Source: Albugo candida
Lineage: Eukaryota
Direction: 5' to 3'
DNA length: 64,000 bases
Assembly: GCA_040437565.1 (NCBI GenBank)
Contig: JBDOQK010000028.1
Location: 62,001 to 126,000 of the forward strand
Position 1 is the stretch's first letter. Each line of letters starts with the position of its first letter. Below, piece by piece: positions 58,664 to 64,000 of the stretch. The notes under the pieces were generated by a model that saw only the letters and a list, made by a program, of their open reading frames with translations, was not told the origin of the DNA and did not search any database. A program made the position numbers and the translations under genes.

Positions 58664-59719
58664 TTACGATCGAGCAAGTCCGGCGATACTGCGACACATT
58701 GGACAGTCGAAACGAGTACCATACCACTCCCTGATGCAATGTTCGTGAAAGCAGTGACTACAAGTGGCTTGAACCAGCTGGTGGCCATCTAGATCTCTCC
58801 ATTCCGCCAGGCAAATTGGACAGGAATCGCTTTCAAGTTCCATATCACGATAATCCACATAATTCAACTCTCGAATGGCGCGTACGTGCTGGTTTTCGTG
58901 ACCCAGTGGGAATTGCCGGGTCTCCTTAACAAATCGACGGATTTTATTGAGCTCGGGGCAGGTGTACAGACAGGCTGCATCCGGAGTGACCATGTCATCT
59001 TCATTCACCAATGTCCCAGTCGCCAGTAAATGACACATGGAAACGAGAAATTCCTCAATCCCAGTGACGCGGCGTGTGACCAGTGCACCCATATCCTGAA
59101 ATATCTCGATACGATTAGGGAATCCGATGGATTTCAGTCCATGGTGAATTGTGTCACAGCTTCTGCACGTTCGATTGTGCCAGCATTTACGAGCGTGAAC
59201 TTGTAGATGTGTCAAGACTTTTTTCCGAAGCCGATAAAGTTCTGAAAATCTTTTGCACACTACCCATTTCTGCTTGTAAAAATCGCTAGTGATCTCAACG
59301 TGATATGTGTAATATTTCTTCGCTGGTCCACAAACTAAGACGGCTTGGCAATTCATCGTAATGAATTGCATTGAATTGCGACGAATTTGCTGTATTAACA
59401 TCCGTTTTGACTTAACGCCGAGTTGCTGCAATTGCTGCAATGAAATTCTCGGATCAATCATTCGGACGGATCGATCCGTGGATGAGTGATTGTTGCTCCG
59501 TCTATTGTGCGCTGAAGGTGAAGATTTGCTACCAGACAATTCATTTCCGTGTCGTTCTGAATGCATTACTGGACCTTTTGATTGATTAGGACTGTAGTCA
59601 AACAATTCGGTGATTCTTTCGCCACCGTATCGAGCTGCCCCAACCGAGAAATGAGGGGATGAAATGAAATGAGGACTTTCTTCGAGGTCACTTTCTTCAA
59701 AAACAATCGAGCTTTCCAT
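58664..59719 (-). CDS. PX domain + RING-H2 protein (putative E3 ligase)
   Basis: YTYHVEI..WVVCKRFSELYRLR...FP....RRVTGIEEFL (PX); CPIC...CSHCFHEHCIREW...CPMCR (RING-H2). Confidence 0.85.
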   Translation of the reverse strand: MESSIVFEESDLEESPHFISSPHFSVGAARYGGERITELFDYSPNQSKGPVMHSERHGNELSGSKSSPSAHNRRSNNHSSTDRSVRMIDPRISLQQLQQLGVKSKRMLIQQIRRNSMQFITMNCQAVLVCGPAKKYYTYHVEITSDFYKQKWVVCKRFSELYRLRKKVLTHLQVHARKCWHNRTCRSCDTIHHGLKSIGFPNRIEIFQDMGALVTRRVTGIEEFLVSMCHLLATGTLVNEDDMVTPDAACLYTCPELNKIRRFVKETRQFPLGHENQHVRAIRELNYVDYRDMELESDSCPICLAEWRDLDGHQLVQATCSHCFHEHCIREWYGTRFDCPMCRSIAGLARS

Positions 59720-60284
59720 AGTGGTAAAGTTTCGAAGTTACGTTTGATTAAACAAGAGTAGGAGGCGCGGCAGAAGCTGGATATAAAATGAATTGAAGTA
59801 GCCAGCTGATGAATTGCGATGATTCATGAATTGCAAAAGCGTTGTACCGAACTGGTCAAAGATAACCGGTATGCAAGTATCATATCGCATATCTATATAT
59901 ACTATCTGGTCGCTATAGTCATGTCTCAGAGAAATTCAGCCGTTTCTCAGGTTTATACACGTCATATCAGGCTTCAATCAAGTAGACTCGAGTCATTATA
60001 CCCAAGACAAATTCAACATCCGGAACATGTTTAGGGTTGCGGAATCACGATAACCAATTTTACCAGACACGCGTTTGATTGGATAAATCGCGATGTATTC
60101 ACCAATCATGTGAAAGGAAAGGCGAAAATTCAACGATCTCACCAGTGTTTTGGCGTCAAAACGTTCCTCCCGTCCCTGAACTTCATATCGTAACTGATAG
60201 TGGAATGAGTGACTGTACAGTACAACGATTGTCTCGATCACCTCAACCCACTGAAACCACTTACACTTCCCAAATTACTACACA

Positions 60285-60638
60285 ATGTTACTAAAAACGA
60301 ATGTCTGGAATGACGCAGTGTCTACTGACGCACATTCAGTGAAAGCTCTGGCCTCTTATGTGAGTTCAGGCAATGCGTTTGGACGAGATTTGAATTATTC
60401 GGAGCTCTTCTTTCTCATCGCTACTATCAGCACCGTCGTGTCTCTTCTTACGATTGTATCGAGACTAATCTTGCAGCGGAAAACGGACGTAGTGAATCAA
60501 TTTGCAGAACCTATACGAAGAACGAAAAGATCTGTTGCTTTATCACTTTTCAAGAAGCGTAGACAATCGATCAAAAGGATGGAAACGATATCGGAGCAAG
60601 AAGAATTGGGATTCCATAGTGTCAATCTATTACGATGA
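60285..60638 (+). CDS. Small single-pass membrane protein, hypothetical
   Basis: 117-aa ORF with hydrophobic FFLIATISTVVSLLTIV followed by a basic segment. Confidence 0.55.
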   Translation: MLLKTNVWNDAVSTDAHSVKALASYVSSGNAFGRDLNYSELFFLIATISTVVSLLTIVSRLILQRKTDVVNQFAEPIRRTKRSVALSLFKKRRQSIKRMETISEQEELGFHSVNLLR

Positions 60639-60939
60639 CGCATCAGCATGAGGTGAATGAACACACTCATTCTCTCTGCGGTGTACTCACGCAATGAGTG
60701 AAATTTTTGATCAGCATTTAACGGTTTCAAATTTATTTATATGGAAAAGCATTCAAATAGTGAAATACTGGGCTTTGAGCTCATGCTACGGAATGCGCCT
60801 TCTTCTGGTTTCGACTATCTGCAAGTAGAGGTTGATTTAATAGAGCACCGATTCAGATGCATCCTTTCCGATCGCTTCTTGTTACGCTGACATATCGAGC
60901 TTCAACTCGAAAGATTCTTTCTCAATTGCACGTTCCTAT

Positions 60940-63900
60940 TCATAGATGAGCTGTTTTGCGCATGGAAGCTCCGCAATCTTCACTATTTTTCTGTGACTGT
61001 CGCCTATTATTATCATTTTTCTCACTACATCTCTCTTTGACTCGATATTCTGATTTTGACTTTGACTTTGACTCTGACTTTTTCGGCTTTGAATTTGAGT
61101 TGATATTTTCTTTTCTCACTCTTTCCTTCTTCTCCTTTTTCTCACCGATATGTAGTTTCTCCTTTCTGTTCCTCTTTTGTCTTGACTTTTTCTTTGCAGC
61201 TTCCGTGGCCTGAAGAGTGATGGTGTCGGGTACTTTACAAGGTTCAATCAGCACATCAAGTGGCCCATGATTGGCCTGAAGTAGCTGCATTTCAACCAAT
61301 GGTAGAGTATTCGTAGCTGCACAGTAGCCCCAGCAATTCAATGTTGAATCTTGCGCGCGGGGAAGATCTTCAACTTGCCTTTTGCTTTGTAACGCTTCTT
61401 CCATTTGTATGTCTCGTAAAAGCTTCTTTTTTTCATTTCCTTCGGGTGGTTTCCATGGACACGTACTCGCCGACTCGCTCTCATACCTTTCTATAGGACT
61501 CACCAACCGGCATGCTAAAGAGTTTTTACGATGCTCTTTTTGTGGTCGTGCTGATCGCTTTGACGACCTCTTCTCATTTTCAATGATTTCCTTTAATTTA
61601 GGAGTGTTTTCTTCTAATAAACAGCTCCACTTCCCTCCAGAGATAAGCTTTCGATCTGCGGAATGATGGTCATGATCATTCCGCTTCTTTTCGTAGAACT
61701 TTTCAAGTCGAACGAATTTGGCTCGTTTTTTCTTCTCGCGGTGACCAATCGCTACAGCCGCTATTTCGTCAGTTGTGCTATTTACCGGTTGTTCCAATGC
61801 GCGCGTTTCTTTGGACATCAAATCCTTGGACAAAATATCTTTCGGGGAGGCTATCAACGTCTGTAAAGCTGTTTTTACTTTGACGCGACGAGCTGAAGGC
61901 GCATGTGATTGACTTTCTATCGTATTCAATGAGGTTTTTTGAATAACATTTGCCAATGGAAGCGGTAGTAAAGCATCAAGAAAAGCATCAAGAAAAGTAT
62001 CGAGGCGATCTCTGCTGGTCATTTCAAGAATCATATCGAGATTCCAGCGAATGTATGTGGAACAGTACGCCTCCAATGCACTCAGTGACATCGATTGGGC
62101 ATGTTGGAGGACATCTACGGCATTGGTGAAGTCCATATAGCGAGCAATGGCTCGCTGTGTCATCTCCAGAAGTTTTGTTGGGCCATGACTATTCTGTACA
62201 GGCGAACACTGGAAATCAGCTTCATAGGGACCGACCAGGATGGCAGTGTGTTGATGCCCTGCTGCGACCTGAACAGCTTTCTTGACACCTGAGACACGCT
62301 TTGGTTGAGGCTGATATGTATTCTTGGATCCATGACCCAAGGATCCCTCCAGGCCATACCCCCATGTCACTAAATCACCGCTTTCTGTCACTATGGCACA
62401 ACGATCGTCGGAAGCGCTAATGTCAACCACTGATCCAAAGGAGCAAATATTCTTCACTTTGGATGGTGCTCCTGGATAAGAAGGCTGAGCTGGAGTATCG
62501 AGATCTTGACAGCATATAGTTTTGTTGGAGCCCCAGACATACACTTGGCCACGACTATCGAGCGCCATGGAATGGTTACGAGCACAAGAAATTCGGATGA
62601 TATTGACGGGAGGAGTTGCGAGAAAAGCGCTTTTTCGATAAGCTTCTTTTGCTTTCTCAAAGTTGACTCGAACCAGATGAAAATATCCATTTCCACATCG
62701 CCATACTTGGCCCTGTGCGACTTGATTCCGAGTACAGTTCAAAAGAACCAATGTATGACCTTCGGCGATCGAGATTTGAATCACGCACACGCTGTCGTAA
62801 TTCTCTCGCATTTCAGAAAGCACTGGATGGCTCAGAAAAAGATTCACACGCTTTGGAATGGGGTCGCCGTGGTCAATCGCAAATGCTTCACTTCGTCCAA
62901 GCTGCCCTTTTTTGTTGTTACCCCACGTGAATAACTCTCGTTGAGTCTCATCCTCTTGGCCTATGAAAGCCTTATCGGCTGATAGTTGTGGGGCTTTACG
63001 ATTTTCACAGATGGCGGCCGAGTGTGACCTCGAAGCGGCGATTTCCCGCACAACAAAACCTTTTAATGCATCAATTCGCTTGGGAAACAGACGACTTTCA
63101 AGCGTGCATTTGGAAGAATGACCCAGCTGCCCAAAACTGTTGGATCCCCACGAATACAACTTTCCATACCGTGAAAGTGCGAGCGTGTGGTTCTCTCCAG
63201 CGGCAACTTTGACCAAGAAAATATGAGCCAGTTTTTTCACCATCGCGGGCTCCAAATGACTAAAAGTTTTCTCAGATTATCTTATTTTTGCTCAGAAGCA
63301 TGGAAGTACGTACTCGCACTGAGTTCCAAGACCCAACCGTCCTCCTTTTCCAAATCCCCAAGTGAAGCAATGTCCATTTGCATTGAGGGCTACAGTATGG
63401 AACCTTGAAGCGCTTATTTGCGTTATTGGGCACGCTGATGGGAACAGAACAATTTTTGGAGTGGATTGAATCAAAGCTCGCGGGAGGTGGTACCCCAGCT
63501 ACATAAAAACGGATCTCAGCTGATTCCCATCCGATCAAAAATTTGAACGCTTTACTTGATAATCAGCTCTTCCACAAGTGTACACCAAGCCTCCTCGTCT
63601 CGTCGGATCTGAATTAGGCGAGATTCCTTGTTTGTGGTGCTTCTTTCCCGTGAAGTCGGAGACAGACAACCGAAATGCGATCGTTCGATGCGTAAAGCTA
63701 ATTATATCAGCTGCAGATTCACCCGCGTGGTCCTTCATTTGGAGAAAGAAATCGACTTTATTACGGTGGAACCGAAGCTGACAAACTCGCAAAAGTAAAG
63801 CTGCGATATGAATATGCTGATGGTAAAGACTACGGTGCAAAGCTGTCCATCCCGATTCCATATCTTGAAGAAACATATCTGCACCATAATCGAGTAAGAT

Positions 63901-64000
63901 CTTCACGACACTGAAATTACCCGAGGATGAAGCGATATGGAGAGCTGTTTCTCCTTGAGCGTTACGAGAATCAAGAATCGCGACATCCTTGTCCAATATG
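60940..64000 (-). CDS. Ankyrin + RCC1 repeats + BTB-associated helical region (IBTK-like), 5' end outside window, at least 2 introns
   Basis: GETALHIASSSG, DMESGWTALHRSLY; RCC1 repeats FTWGFGKGGRLG, YSWGSNSFGQLG, TWGNNKKGQLG; NAVDVLQHAQ...LEAYCSTYIRWNLD; Lys-rich tail. Confidence 0.85.

Overview
Very gene-dense eukaryotic DNA with short (~45-57 nt) GT-AG introns, intergenic spacers often under 150 bp and oomycete-type INR/FPR core promoters. Gene content (secreted Kazal inhibitor, GRK-like RGS-kinase, PX-RING, flagellar DRC9/CFAP206) points to a zoosporic oomycete; Albugo-like is an inference only. It is a draft scaffold with 13 runs of 100 N, most flanked by duplicated sequence, so several apparent gene duplications (NOB1, IQCG, PKG, RIO1, SEL1) are assembly artefacts. 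About 30 genes are supported, including FYVE-PH, DUF676 esterase, Kazal inhibitor, NOB1, IQCG/DRC9, DECR1, DHX35, PKG-like kinase, myosin, DNA2, SnoaL-like, three secreted proteins, DnaJ, RIO1, SEL1L/HRD3, DRAM/TMEM150, ARL2BP, PAK1IP1, GRK-like kinase, CFAP206, DHHC, PITRM1, PX-RING and IBTK-like. Most interesting: (i) a tandem cluster of secreted His-rich/Gly-Gly-Met-repeat proteins sharing signal-exon architecture, (ii) a PH-like domain inserted inside a DUF676 hydrolase, (iii) NOB1 carrying two inserted CCCH zinc fingers, (iv) a PKG with mixed cAMP/cGMP-type cassettes and a second, ~4% diverged copy of its 3' end, (v) an apparent frameshift in ARL2BP. No rRNA, tRNA, CRISPR array or recognisable transposon was seen. 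All family calls are from motif recognition by eye, not database searches.
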